A DNA stretch of 64,000 bases from Methanobacteriota archaeon (GTDB lineage Archaea; Methanobacteriota; Methanobacteria; Methanobacteriales; Methanobacteriaceae), in NCBI GenBank assembly GCA_963787255.1, contig CAWBCJ010000029.1:224001-288000 (forward strand), written 5' to 3'. Positions 21,881-32,567 of the stretch are shown one piece after another (position 1 is the stretch's first letter; every line of letters starts with the position of its first letter). The position numbers and the translations under genes are program-made. The notes beneath the pieces were generated by a model. That model had not been told where the DNA came from, ran no database searches, and worked only from the letters and a program-made list of their open reading frames with translations.

Positions 21881-23758
21881 ATGGCTAATAATAAAAAAGA
21901 AAAAATTATAGGTATAGATCTTGGAACAAGTAACTCTGCAGCTGCAGCATTAGTTGGTGGAAAGCCCACCATCATACCAAGTGCAGAAGGAGCTACACAG
22001 TACGGTAAAGCATTTCCAAGTTATGTTGCATTCACTCAAGACGGACAAAGGCTAGTTGGGGAACCTGCAAGAAGACAGGCTGTAACAAACCCAGAAAATA
22101 CTATAAGCGCCATAAAAAGGAGCATGGGAACAGATTACAAAGTAAATGTAATGGGAAAACAATACAGTCCTCAAGAAATCTCAGCTTTTATCTTACAAAA
22201 AATCAAAAAGGATGCAGAAGCTTTCCTTGGAGAAGAAGTGCACAAAGCTGTAATTACAGTTCCAGCATACTTTAACGATAACCAGAGGACTGCCACTAAA
22301 GACGCAGGTACAATAGCCGGTCTTGAAGTTGTAAGGCTCGTAAACGAACCTACAGCCGCAAGTCTTGCTTATGGTATTGATAAAGAACAGGAAGAAGAGT
22401 TAGAAATTATGGTTTTCGATTTCGGTGGGGGAACACTTGATGTTACCATAATGGAATTCGGTGGAGGAGTATTTGAAGTAAGATCCACCAGTGGTGACAC
22501 CAAGCTCGGTGGAACCGACATGGACAACACTATAATGAACTACCTTGCAGATGAATTCAAACGAGACACCGGCGTAGACCTTATGGTTGACGATCAGGCT
22601 GTCCAGAGATTAAGAGAAGCAGCAGAAAAAGCAAAAATAGAACTTTCAACAACCCTAACAACTGATATTAATCTTCCATTCATAACAGCAACTGCAGAAG
22701 GTCCGAAACACTTAACAACAACACTAACAAGAGCTAAACTCGAAGAATTGGTCGATTCAATCATTAAAAGATGTTCAGGATCAGTGGAACAGGCAATATC
22801 CGATGCTAAAATGTCCAAATCAGACATAGACAAGATTATTTTAGTCGGAGGCCCAACAAGAATGCCTGTTGTCCAGAAATTCGTTGAAGACCTCATTGGT
22901 AAACCAGTCGAAAGAGGAATAGACCCAATGGAATGTGTAGCTATGGGTGCAGCAATCCAAGCAGGAGTTCTAGCCGGAGAAATTAAAGACCTCGTATTAC
23001 TCGATGTTACACCATTATCTCTCGGAATAGAAACCCTTGGCAATGTAGCTACCAAATTAATTGAAAGAAACACCACAATTCCAACTAAAAAGAGTCAAAT
23101 ATTCTCAACAGCAGCAGATAGCCAGACTTCAGTAGATATTCACGTTTTACAGGGTGAAAGACCGCTGGCACATGATAACACCACCCTTGGAAGATTCCAG
23201 TTAGTAGGAATACCACCAGCACCAAGAGGAATCCCCCAAATTGAAGTAACATTCGATATTGACGCAAATGGTATCATGAACGTTTCAGCTAAAGATATGG
23301 GAACAGGAAAAGAACAGGCAATTACAATAACTGCCTCAACTAAATTATCAAAAGATGAAATTGACCAGAAAGTCAAAGAAGCTGAAATGCACGCTGAAGA
23401 AGACAAGAAGAAACAGGAAGAAATTCAGGTCAGGAACGACGCTGATTCAATGATTTACACTTCAGAAAAAACTCTTGAAGAACTCGGCGACAAGGTAGAT
23501 CCTGAACAGAAGACTAAAATTGAAGGCCTAGTTAAAGAACTCAGAGAATTAATTGGCGGAGATGACATAGCTGCTATTAAAGCCAAGACTGATGAATTAA
23601 CTAAAGTAGTGCAGGAAGTTGGTGCTAAAATCTACCAGGAAGCACAACAGGCCCAACAAGCACAGCAGCAAGCTGAACAGAATGCACAGGGTGCTCAGGA
23701 AGGCCAGAAGGGTGGAGATGACGACACTATTGATGCTGATTACGAAGTAAAAAAATAA
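21881..23758 (+). CDS. dnaK: Hsp70 chaperone DnaK
   Basis: [36 protein letters not shown]. Confidence 0.99.
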   Translation: MANNKKEKIIGIDLGTSNSAAAALVGGKPTIIPSAEGATQYGKAFPSYVAFTQDGQRLVGEPARRQAVTNPENTISAIKRSMGTDYKVNVMGKQYSPQEISAFILQKIKKDAEAFLGEEVHKAVITVPAYFNDNQRTATKDAGTIAGLEVVRLVNEPTAASLAYGIDKEQEEELEIMVFDFGGGTLDVTIMEFGGGVFEVRSTSGDTKLGGTDMDNTIMNYLADEFKRDTGVDLMVDDQAVQRLREAAEKAKIELSTTLTTDINLPFITATAEGPKHLTTTLTRAKLEELVDSIIKRCSGSVEQAISDAKMSKSDIDKIILVGGPTRMPVVQKFVEDLIGKPVERGIDPMECVAMGAAIQAGVLAGEIKDLVLLDVTPLSLGIETLGNVATKLIERNTTIPTKKSQIFSTAADSQTSVDIHVLQGERPLAHDNTTLGRFQLVGIPPAPRGIPQIEVTFDIDANGIMNVSAKDMGTGKEQAITITASTKLSKDEIDQKVKEAEMHAEEDKKKQEEIQVRNDADSMIYTSEKTLEELGDKVDPEQKTKIEGLVKELRELIGGDDIAAIKAKTDELTKVVQEVGAKIYQEAQQAQQAQQQAEQNAQGAQEGQKGGDDDTIDADYEVKK

Positions 23759-23812
23759 ATTCCTAAGGGGTAAAGATAAATAGGAAAAATTTACAAAATA
23801 AATTAATAATTA

Positions 23813-23830
23813 GTAGAGGATTTCCTCTAC
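23813..23830. terminator. Hairpin between dnaK and dnaJ
   Basis: GTAGAGG(A)TTTCCTCTAC inverted repeat. Confidence 0.45.
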
Positions 23831-23887
23831 ATCCCTACTTTTAGATAAAACTAATTTTTTATTAATATTATATGAGGGTAAGATTAA

Positions 23888-25030
23888 ATGGCAGAAAAGC
23901 GTGATTACTACGAAATCCTTGGAGTAGAAAAAGGATCAGACAAAAAAGAAATAAAGAAGGCTTATCGTAAATTAGCAATGAAATATCACCCTGACGTAAG
24001 CGAAGATCCTGAATCTGCTGATAAATTCAAAGAAATAAGTGAAGCTTATGCTGTTTTATCAGATGAAGAAAAAAGAAACACTTACGATCAGTTTGGACAC
24101 GCTGGAATGGGTGGATACTCAAATGAAGATATATTCAGAAATGCTAACTTCGACGATATATTCCGAGGATTTGGATTTGACTTTGGAGATATATTCGACA
24201 TGTTTGGGTTTGGCGGCGGTCGAAGAAGAAGCCGCGCAGAACAAGGGGCTGATGTTTACTACGATCTAAAAATTACCCTTGAAGATGCTGCTTTTGGGCT
24301 TGAAAAAGACATTGAAATACCTCATAAAAAAGTATGTCCAACTTGTGAAGGTACTAGAGCCGAACCCGGAACTGAATCACATCAGTGTAGCCAGTGCGGT
24401 GGAACTGGACAGGTGCAACAAGTAAGTCAAACTCCTTTCGGCCAGTTTGTTAATGTAAGACCATGTCCTCAGTGTAGGGGAGAAGGAGTAATTATAGATA
24501 CACCATGTCATGAATGCCGTGGAAAAGGAATTGTAAAAGAAACCAGCACCATTCATATTAATGTTCCGCCGGGCGTTGAGGATGGTTCACGTCTTAGAGT
24601 CGCTGGTGAAGGAGATGTGGGTAAAAGGGGAGGACCTCCAGGAGATCTCTACGTTTTAATTACTGTTAAACCTCACAAGCTCTTTGAACGTCATGGATCT
24701 GATTTGGTTTATGAACAACCAGTAAGCTTTGTACAGGCATCTCTTGGTGACGAAGTAGATATTCCAACACTTGGAGATGAAATAGTAAGTCTTAAAATCC
24801 CTGCAGGAACGCAATCAGGCACTTCATTTCGTATCAAAGGTAGAGGGATGCCCCATTTACGATGGAACGGTAATGGAAATCTTTATGTAAATGCAAAGGT
24901 AGTTGTGCCCAAAAAATTGAATCCTAAGCAAAAGGAACTGCTAAAGGAATTTGCAGATATAAGTGGGAAAGAGATTTACGTTGAGGATAAGGGCTTTTTT
25001 GACAAGGTTAAAGATGCTATAAAACATTAG
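23888..25030 (+). CDS. dnaJ: Hsp40 chaperone DnaJ
   Basis: J-domain HPD, G/F-rich region, four CxxCxGxG-type repeats. Confidence 0.98.
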   Translation: MAEKRDYYEILGVEKGSDKKEIKKAYRKLAMKYHPDVSEDPESADKFKEISEAYAVLSDEEKRNTYDQFGHAGMGGYSNEDIFRNANFDDIFRGFGFDFGDIFDMFGFGGGRRRSRAEQGADVYYDLKITLEDAAFGLEKDIEIPHKKVCPTCEGTRAEPGTESHQCSQCGGTGQVQQVSQTPFGQFVNVRPCPQCRGEGVIIDTPCHECRGKGIVKETSTIHINVPPGVEDGSRLRVAGEGDVGKRGGPPGDLYVLITVKPHKLFERHGSDLVYEQPVSFVQASLGDEVDIPTLGDEIVSLKIPAGTQSGTSFRIKGRGMPHLRWNGNGNLYVNAKVVVPKKLNPKQKELLKEFADISGKEIYVEDKGFFDKVKDAIKH

Positions 25031-25173
25031 CTCCTTTTTTTACGCCTCATAAAACTTTTTTTGTTTTTTTTAGGGATGAAAATTCTTTTTTTATTTTATT
25101 ACTAAAATTATTTAAATTATGATACTCTATAAGTAATGACATATAAAATCTGATTTTTAAAAGGAGAATTATA

Positions 25174-25812
25174 ATGCAAAGCAGATTAAAATGGGCATTA
25201 TTATCTCTGGTAATCTTGCTGGTAATTCTAATACCATTTTTACTTTTGGGTGAATCCATAGAAACATGGACAAATTACATTTTAAGGTCTTCGTCTCCTA
25301 AACTACTGATAGGCATGATTATTGGAGGGCTTTTATCTATTGATATTTTAGCTCCAGTTCCTTCAAGCATTGTAAGCACAGCAGGAGGCTATTTTCTTGG
25401 CTTTACATGGGGAATCATTGTTTCTACAGCTGGAATGACCATTAGCTGCATTATTGGTTATGTTTTAGGTTCAAAAATAGGAACATCTATCTCAGAATGG
25501 TTAGTAGGTACTAATGAGCTTTTAAGATTGGAAAAACTCCAAAATAAATACGGAGACTGGATTATTATTCTGTCACGTGCTGTGCCTGTTTTAGCTGAAG
25601 CCTCAATTCTTACTGCAGGTATTGGGCGTATGCCCCTTAAACGCTTTATTTTATTAGTTTTATTGTCAAATTTGGGTATTTCTATAGCATATTCATTTAT
25701 TGGAGCTTATTCGGAGTATATAAATTCATTCTTACTGGCGTTCGTCGGAGCAATTATTCTGCCAGGTGCTGTAATGGCTATTTTTAAAATAAAAGTTAAT
25801 AAAAATGAATAA
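25174..25812 (+). CDS. DedA/VTT (TVP38) membrane protein
   Basis: DILAPVPSSIV, SRAVPVLAE, multiple TM segments. Confidence 0.85.
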   Translation: MQSRLKWALLSLVILLVILIPFLLLGESIETWTNYILRSSSPKLLIGMIIGGLLSIDILAPVPSSIVSTAGGYFLGFTWGIIVSTAGMTISCIIGYVLGSKIGTSISEWLVGTNELLRLEKLQNKYGDWIIILSRAVPVLAEASILTAGIGRMPLKRFILLVLLSNLGISIAYSFIGAYSEYINSFLLAFVGAIILPGAVMAIFKIKVNKNE

Positions 25813-25862
25813 TTGAATTCAGAAGCTTTTATCTCAATTATATTCTTTTACTTATTGTAATC

Positions 25863-26826
25863 CTATCTAAATTCAGGAAGCACCTCTTCTTTATAGAATT
25901 CAATGCATTCTTGCTGATTATTACCTATTTGTTGTATACAAACGCGGTCAAAGCCTGAATCCACTACTTTTTTTATTTTATCAATGTGCTCTTGTGGATC
26001 AGAGCTACAAGCATTCTCTTTGGTATATCCTCTTTTTTCACATTTTCTACAAGCTCCTTCAAAATGTGTTGGAGTAGGGAATTTCCCAGCTTAAATTTCC
26101 TTTAATTGCCATTAATGGCCAGTATTCGTAAACCAGATCAACTGCTTTTTGGTCTGTTTCTGCCCAACTTAGTGAAATTTCAGAATATGACGGTTTTCCT
26201 TTTCCTCCTGTCTTCTTCAAATATATTTAACAATCTCTTTCTTTCCACCACCTACAATCAGACCGTCTCCATTAGTTTGCAGCAGTTGTAGCTGCTATTG
26301 GTCCATCTGCTGCCATGAATATTGATGGAAGCTTCTTCAGGAAGTGTGTAAATTTGTGCATTTTCAACATGATAATAATAAACCATCATAATCCTGCATA
26401 CCTCCCTGCCAGAGTGTTCTAATAACATCAACCGCTTCTGCAAGCATTTCAATTCGTATAGGCGCTGACGGCCAGTGATCACCGTAAATATGTTCATTTA
26501 GGTTTTCACCAGAACCTACTCCAAGAATAAACCTTCTAGGCATCAGTGTAGCTATTGTAGCTAGCAGCTTGAGCTACTAAAGCAGGATGCTGTCTGATTG
26601 TAGGACAGGTAACACCAGTCATTAAATCTAAATTTTCTGTTACCTGGGATATTCCTCCAAGTGTACTCCAGACAAAGGGACTGTTACCTTGTTGGCTCAG
26701 CCATGGGTGATAATGATCAGATATGGCGGCAAAGTCAAATCCTGCTTCTTCAGCATGTTTAGCATAATTAATAAGTTCTTGAGGTCCAAATACTTCGCTT
26801 GCAAGTTTAAAACCAATTTCTACCAT
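25863..26826 (-). pseudogene. F420-dependent LLM-class oxidoreductase (G6PDH-like), broken by multiple frameshifts
   Basis: ISDHYHPW, GVTCPTIR.HPALVAQAA, then in shifted frames LGVGSGENLNEHI, DPQEHIDKIK...GFDRV...QIG..Q...IEFYKEEVLPEF; stop at 25863. Confidence 0.85.
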
Positions 26827-26907
26827 TTAATTACCTCCAGATTTTTACAAAAGTTCATGATCATTATTTATAGTATTTATTAACTGTTTGATATAAATTA
26901 TTACTTA

Positions 26908-27774
26908 ATGATATTTTCATATGGATATGCACTATTATCTGCACTTTTTGAATCCCTGAAAGACGTCTCCAGCAAGATGGGATTAAAAGATATGGACGAA
27001 TATCTTGTTACATGGGCATTTGGATTTTTTGCATTGCCCTTTTTAGTTTTACCCTTTATTTTTATAAGTATTCCAACAATTGGAAATCAATACTGGATTG
27101 CATTACTTATTGATGGTGCATTAAATGTTATAGCAACCATCTTACAACTTAAAGCCATTAAAAGTTCGGATTTATCCTTGACTATTCCATTATTGGCTTT
27201 TACCCCTTTATTTCTATTAATAATGTCCCCTTTAATTTTAGGACAATATCCAACTTTTCTCGGTATAATTGGGGTGGCCCTAATCGTTATAGGATCTTAT
27301 GTCCTAAATATCCAGAGAAGAAATGCAGGATATCTAGCTCCTTTTAAGGCAATGGTAGAACAGCATGGACCGAAAATGATGTTAATTGCAGCTTTTTTAT
27401 TGAGTATAACTTCAAGTATAGATAAAATCGGTGTTTTAAACTCTTCTCCCCTGTTTTGGGCTGTTTCAGTGCATTCGTTTACATCAATTTCACTTGCACC
27501 CATCATAATACGTGAATTCAGTCATCATCTAAAATTAACACGTGTAGATCTCAGGCTTTTGTTTGCAGTTGGGTTTTTCAGTGCTTTAGCAATAGTAACT
27601 CAATATATAGCAATAACATCTCTTCTTGTTCCATATGTTATTGCAATAAAAAGAACCAGCACTTTAATGAGTGTTTTGTTTGGTTACGTAATATTCAAGG
27701 AGAAAGGTTTAAGAGAAAGATTAATTGGGGCAGCGATTATGGTTTTAGGTGTTATTTTAATAACGTTGTCCTAA
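26908..27774 (+). CDS. EamA/DMT-family transporter
   Basis: Two EamA-like halves, about 10 TM segments; SDLSLTIPLLAFTP, YVIAIKRTS. Confidence 0.9.
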   Translation: MIFSYGYALLSALFESLKDVSSKMGLKDMDEYLVTWAFGFFALPFLVLPFIFISIPTIGNQYWIALLIDGALNVIATILQLKAIKSSDLSLTIPLLAFTPLFLLIMSPLILGQYPTFLGIIGVALIVIGSYVLNIQRRNAGYLAPFKAMVEQHGPKMMLIAAFLLSITSSIDKIGVLNSSPLFWAVSVHSFTSISLAPIIIREFSHHLKLTRVDLRLLFAVGFFSALAIVTQYIAITSLLVPYVIAIKRTSTLMSVLFGYVIFKEKGLRERLIGAAIMVLGVILITLS

Positions 27775-27843
27775 TATGGTAGAAAATAATAATAAAAATA
27801 TATTTGTTAATAATAACAAATTGTTGTATGATGGTGATTATTT

Positions 27844-29184
27844 ATGGACGAAGATATTGAAAAAATATGGTGGACATTTCCAAAATTTAAAATAGAAAAA
27901 ATGGTTACAGGGCTGAAATTGCCTGTTAACCTTGCATTTGTCCCCAAACCTACGGATAACCCTGATGAACCACTTTTATATGTAACAGAATTGTATGGAA
28001 ACATAAAAGTAATTACAAATGACTGGAAAACACACACTTATGCAGAAAACCTTCTAAACTACGAGCCCAATTATGAATTTCCAGGAACAGGAGAATCAGG
28101 ATTAATAGGAATTTGTATTGAGCCTGAAACTGGTGATTTATTTGCTTCAATGATTTATGAAGATAATGGCGATATGAAAAACAAATTAGTACGAACTAAA
28201 AGTAAAGATGGCTTAAAAATGGATTCAATGGAAACAATAATTGATAATATTCCATCAATTAAAGCTGCACACCAGATGCAGGCCATTACAATAGGATTTG
28301 ACAGTAAATTGTACGTAAATCTGGGTGAAGGAATGATCAATCCCGAGGTAGCACAGGACGATAATGAGCTTCGAGGAAAAGTTTTACGAATGAATTTAGA
28401 CGGCAGTATTCCGGAAGACAACCCAAATCCAGATAGTTTAGTTTATGCAAAAGGATTTAGAAATCCTTTCGGTGCCCGATGGCGTAAAAGTGACACATCC
28501 CTTTATATATCAGATAATGGGCCCTCTTATGACGATCGTATTGCCAAAGTGGAACCTGGAAAAAATTACGGCTGGCCAGAGAGTATGAGAAAAAATTCAC
28601 TTTTCTGGATACAGTTCACAGAAGGTATGACTGCCCTTGACTTTATGCAGAATGAAGAATTTCCCTTTGAATATGAAGATGAACTATTTGTAGCCTATTT
28701 TGGGGGATCCTACGTTAAAGGGCCTTCAATAAAAGGAAAAAAAATTGTAAAAATCAAACTAAACGATGATGCTTCTGCAATTAAATCATACGATGTATTT
28801 GTAAGTTATATTGGTGAAAATGCTGCAAGTCCCTGTGGATTAGCTTTTGGACCTGGAGGATTGTATTTTACAGATTTGCACGGTGAGAAGGATGGTCAGG
28901 CGCATGCTTCTAGTGGAAACATATACCGAGTTAGTTCTATAATTAAAGCAGAGGGAGAGGTACTGGTTCCTTATACTAAAGAGAATTTCGGGAAATGTCT
29001 CTGTCCAGGGTGTCCAACCCGTAACGAATGCATGAGAAATAGAGATGAACGACTTTTCTGTTCAGGAGGAAAAACAGAATGTGATCTTGAAAGAAAAGGT
29101 TGTTTATGTGGAGAATGTCCAGTAGAAAGCAAATATGGTTTAAATGGACTTTATTACTGTTCTATAGGTGCTGCTAAGCAATAA
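27844..29184 (+). CDS. Glucose/sorbosone (PQQ-type) dehydrogenase beta-propeller fused to a C-terminal DUF2769-type 10-Cys domain
   Basis: GESGLIGI, GKVLRMNLDGSIPEDNP, YAKGFRNPFG, DNGP, GKNYGWP; tail CLCPGCP..C..LFC..G...C..GCLCGECP...YYC. Confidence 0.85.
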   Translation: MDEDIEKIWWTFPKFKIEKMVTGLKLPVNLAFVPKPTDNPDEPLLYVTELYGNIKVITNDWKTHTYAENLLNYEPNYEFPGTGESGLIGICIEPETGDLFASMIYEDNGDMKNKLVRTKSKDGLKMDSMETIIDNIPSIKAAHQMQAITIGFDSKLYVNLGEGMINPEVAQDDNELRGKVLRMNLDGSIPEDNPNPDSLVYAKGFRNPFGARWRKSDTSLYISDNGPSYDDRIAKVEPGKNYGWPESMRKNSLFWIQFTEGMTALDFMQNEEFPFEYEDELFVAYFGGSYVKGPSIKGKKIVKIKLNDDASAIKSYDVFVSYIGENAASPCGLAFGPGGLYFTDLHGEKDGQAHASSGNIYRVSSIIKAEGEVLVPYTKENFGKCLCPGCPTRNECMRNRDERLFCSGGKTECDLERKGCLCGECPVESKYGLNGLYYCSIGAAKQ

Positions 29185-29221
29185 AAAGCGTAATGTGTTT
29201 TTATGGTTCTAAAAAATTCAT

Positions 29222-29455
29222 TTGTACCAGATACAGATGTCAAAATACAGGGAGATGCCTTTATCCGAATGTCCTACGATACAATTAGATGCTGTTAAAG
29301 GGAAGTTTAAACATCTGTTTAACTCTGAAGGAAGAGGATCTTTGTGCTTACATTGTCCCAATGAAATAAAATACCGATTAAATAGTTTTTTTTATTGTGA
29401 AAAGGGCGCCGCTACAGAAAAAAATGTTGCTACTAAAACTATAAACCAGTCTTAA
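29222..29455 (+). pseudogene. Degenerate tandem copy of the DUF2769-type domain
   Basis: VPDT / NTGRCL / ECPT lie in three frames, then LF...G..LCLHCP...KYRLNSFFYCEKGAA, parallel to the upstream domain. Confidence 0.65.
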
Positions 29456-29729
29456 AAGCAGAATTCTATTTTTTTTATCTAAATTCCAAGTTGAATTTCA
29501 AATGATTTAAATTGAAAATAAGATTCAAATAATTAAATACATAAATTTAATCCCACTTTTTATTATGTCTGGAATGCATTTAAACAAAAGCAATGAAATG
29601 TCAGTTAATTTGAAGAATTGAGATGCATATCTCACAATGAAATTATTGTAAGAATAACTATAACAATTAATTTATCAAATAATATGTGCCTGAGAAAGTC
29701 ATAATATCTTTGATCCAAATTTTTCAAGA

Positions 29730-30040
29730 GTTGGGGCATGCTGGTAGTAACCCACCTTCTGTTTCAGCAGCATTCATCTATGCGGGCTACCTCTGCCTCA
29801 TACAGTATTCATTAGCAGCATTTGCCCTTACATCCCGCGAAATGGCCGTTTAACCGTTCCTTTTTGATATCTTCAGCTTATGCATCATTTTCATCTATCT
29901 AAAGACGTTTCGTTTCTGCTCCAGAGTTATGTTTCTCAACATGTGCCTCGCGACACCACGGATCTGTATGATGGATGGAGTTTCCTCAGTTTAAATTGCT
30001 TATGCAATAAACCGGTGGCTGCTCTTCAGCTTGCCCCAAC
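29730..30040 (-). ncRNA. rnpB: RNase P RNA (archaeal)
   Basis: Terminal P1 helix GTTGGGGCA/TGCCCCAAC; CR-I GAGGAAACTCC; CR-V ACAGAAGGTGGGTTA; about 310 nt, GC-rich relative to flanks. Confidence 0.95.
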
Positions 30041-30042
30041 AC

Positions 30043-30137
30043 TTTAAAAAAGTTTTGATCGAAACCAAGCGGGCTTCGCCCCATTTAAAGTTATTTTTCA
30101 AAAAAGTTTTTTGGATTAAACTTCTAGAAAAATTTTT
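30043..30137. repeat. Imperfect palindromic intergenic element
   Basis: AAAAAGTTTTGATCGAAA...TTTTGGATTAAACTT arms with central GGGC-TTC-GCCC hairpin. Confidence 0.45.
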
Positions 30138-30176
30138 TATATGGTTTCATAGCTTAAAACTTAAAAATTAAGAAAA

Positions 30177-30252
<76 letters not shown>

Positions 30253-30409
30253 TAGTATCATGGTTTGTACTTAGGAGTATATAAAGGTTTCTCTAAATGG
30301 AATTTGAAAAATCAAAATCAATTTTTCCAATAATTAAATATGGGTATTAAATATAGAGATTTAAACCTTTTTAAGCTAAAATAACATATTTTTATTAAAA
30401 TACTACTTA

Positions 30410-30736
30410 TTATTTTTTTTCCAGTTCTCTAATTTCGCGAGTTAATGAGTATCCTACAACGGTCCTTATAGCCACAATTATTGCCAGAACAATTAATTGA
30501 TCAAATGTTGGCTCCAAAATTGATTTTATAAGGTCTGCAGCTATAAAGAACTCTAATCCCAGCACTATTTTGGATGTGAAGTCTAACCTTATGTCATTGT
30601 AACTTTTTTCTCTCTTTAAAATCTCAATTTTAAGAACAGCAATTATTGCCCTTATACCCCCATAAAGGATAATTAAAGCACCAAAATAAGAGAGAAAATT
30701 AACAATTATCAGTATTATATTTGAATACTCAACCAT
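30410..30736 (-). CDS. DUF1622 membrane protein
   Basis: IVLGLEFFIAADLIKSI..PT..QL..LAIIVAIRTVVGYSL..EI. Confidence 0.88.
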   Translation of the reverse strand: MVEYSNIILIIVNFLSYFGALIILYGGIRAIIAVLKIEILKREKSYNDIRLDFTSKIVLGLEFFIAADLIKSILEPTFDQLIVLAIIVAIRTVVGYSLTREIRELEKK

Positions 30737-30800
30737 GTTATCATTTGTAAAAATTATGAATTAAAAGGTTATTTAACCAGATTAAAATTAAAAAAAATAT

Positions 30801-31349
30801 TTATTCAGATTTTTCTGGTTCTTCTTCACCCTCTAACGTTGTTAATCTCTTTTCAATACTTTCGAATTTTTTATTAGCATGTCCCCTATATTCGCTGAAA
30901 CGCTTTTCCAGGTCGTCTATATCCCTTGCTACTTTACTGTATTTCTTTTCAAGCTGATTTAAATCGGATTTAGTGGCTAATTCCCAATCTTTTATAAGTT
31001 GGTCGCTTTGATCATTTAAAAATTCATCAATTCGTCCAGATAAAACATCTGTGCTTATTGGTACTTCTTTAACCTTTCCTTTTAGCATTTCGCCCATTCC
31101 AGATACTCTTTCGCTTACTCCTGACATTCTACCTTCCCCTTCAACATTGCGGCTGCTGTATTGTTGGGAAATTCCTTCAGAAACACGGCTGCCCGCATCT
31201 GAAACTCCTTTCCCCATATTAGAAGCACTTGCCTTAAATGTGTCAAAACCTGCGCTACCAGTTCCCCTCATTTCCTGAATGTAATAGTATAAAAGCACTA
31301 TTATAGCTCCGGCTAATACTAGAATTGCAAATAGTTCCAGCGGTCCCAT
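30801..31349 (-). CDS. Membrane-anchored coiled-coil protein
   Basis: Single N-terminal TM, G/S-rich amphipathic middle, heptad C-terminus. Confidence 0.8.
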   Translation of the reverse strand: MGPLELFAILVLAGAIIVLLYYYIQEMRGTGSAGFDTFKASASNMGKGVSDAGSRVSEGISQQYSSRNVEGEGRMSGVSERVSGMGEMLKGKVKEVPISTDVLSGRIDEFLNDQSDQLIKDWELATKSDLNQLEKKYSKVARDIDDLEKRFSEYRGHANKKFESIEKRLTTLEGEEEPEKSE

Positions 31350-31352
31350 GGA

Positions 31353-31793
31353 TTAAGTCCTCCTTGTGGTACTTTCTACTTTTTTATCAAGATCGCCTTC
31401 CTTTTTTTCTAGATCTTTCATTAATTTTTGAAGTTTCCCGTATTCTGCTTTAGCTTCCAGGCGAGCAACCCTTTCACTTATTTCACTGTGGAGAAACCCA
31501 ACTTTGTGCATGATATCCGAAGTACTTCTCCTTATTTTAGCAAGTTCTTCCTGCTGTTCTTTGGGTAGAGGTATAACATTTTCCATTATTCTTTTTGTTT
31601 CTAGATCCTTTTCTACGAGGGATATTTTTTTAAGTTCCACCTGTTTATCTACCAGAGCTACATTGTTTTGAGTTTCTCTGACCTTCTTCCATTGAATAAC
31701 AACAATTATAATCACAATCGTTGCTAAAAATGCTAATATGATCAAAACAATATTTTCTGAAATTGCTGTAGCAATATCAGCCATATTTTTCAC
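31353..31793 (-). CDS. Membrane-anchored coiled-coil protein
   Basis: N-terminal TM followed by heptad repeats; 3-nt gap to the next gene. Confidence 0.8.
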   Translation of the reverse strand: MKNMADIATAISENIVLIILAFLATIVIIIVVIQWKKVRETQNNVALVDKQVELKKISLVEKDLETKRIMENVIPLPKEQQEELAKIRRSTSDIMHKVGFLHSEISERVARLEAKAEYGKLQKLMKDLEKKEGDLDKKVESTTRRT

Positions 31794-31997
31794 CTTTTAT
31801 TATTTTTTTTCAAGATTTTTAATCTCATTTTAAAGTGGCTATTAACTAATCTATATAATATATTAAATCTTAATATATATAAAATTGAAGTATAATGCCC
31901 AAAATGAACACATATATCATATATGAATTAATTTAAACTTACTTTTTAGATAATCAGAGAAAAAACTACGAAATAATTATGCAAAAGGATTTATGTT

Positions 31998-32192
31998 CTA
32001 TTTAAAAGCTATATCATCTGTATCTTCTTCATCGAGTCTTTTTTCAATCCAGTCACCATCATTATTATATGATTCTTGTTTTACGGTGTTAAATTCCTTT
32101 CTTAAATTTGAGACTCTTCTATCGATCTTTTCAGATGTCTGTTTTTTCTTTCGCATGGCTGAAATGCCTAATAATATAACAATTACAGCCAC
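31998..32192 (-). CDS. Small single-TM hypothetical protein, start uncertain
   Basis: Hydrophobic helix then basic and acidic tail; frame stays open upstream to an ATA at 32288 after a GGGGG RBS-like run. Confidence 0.5.
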   Translation of the reverse strand: MAVIVILLGISAMRKKKQTSEKIDRRVSNLRKEFNTVKQESYNNDGDWIEKRLDEEDTDDIAFK

Positions 32193-32567
32193 TATTACAA
32201 TAAAAATCTGAAATATATCTCCACCCGGTAAAAATGCTGGAAAAGAACCTGAAACATAACCCCATTTATTATCAGTATTATTTTTTATTTAAAGTCCCCC
32301 ATGCCCTTGAAGATTAATGTTTATCTATTCAATGGGTTTATATGTTTAATTATATTAATATAAGCCTAAAAGGCAAAATAATCATATTTATAGGTCTATT
32401 TTTCCTATTAATTACTCGTTTGAAAATTTTTATAAATTTTTGATCAATATTAATTATATCATAACAGAAACCCAAAATACATTATATTGCATATTAATAT
32501 AGAATTAAATGTTTAGAGACAATAATTTAATGAACTAAAACAATTTAATAATTTTATAAGTGATTAT

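Noticed and set aside
23635-23710. Gln/Ala repeat in dnaK
   Set aside because: Ordinary low-complexity DnaK C-terminal tail
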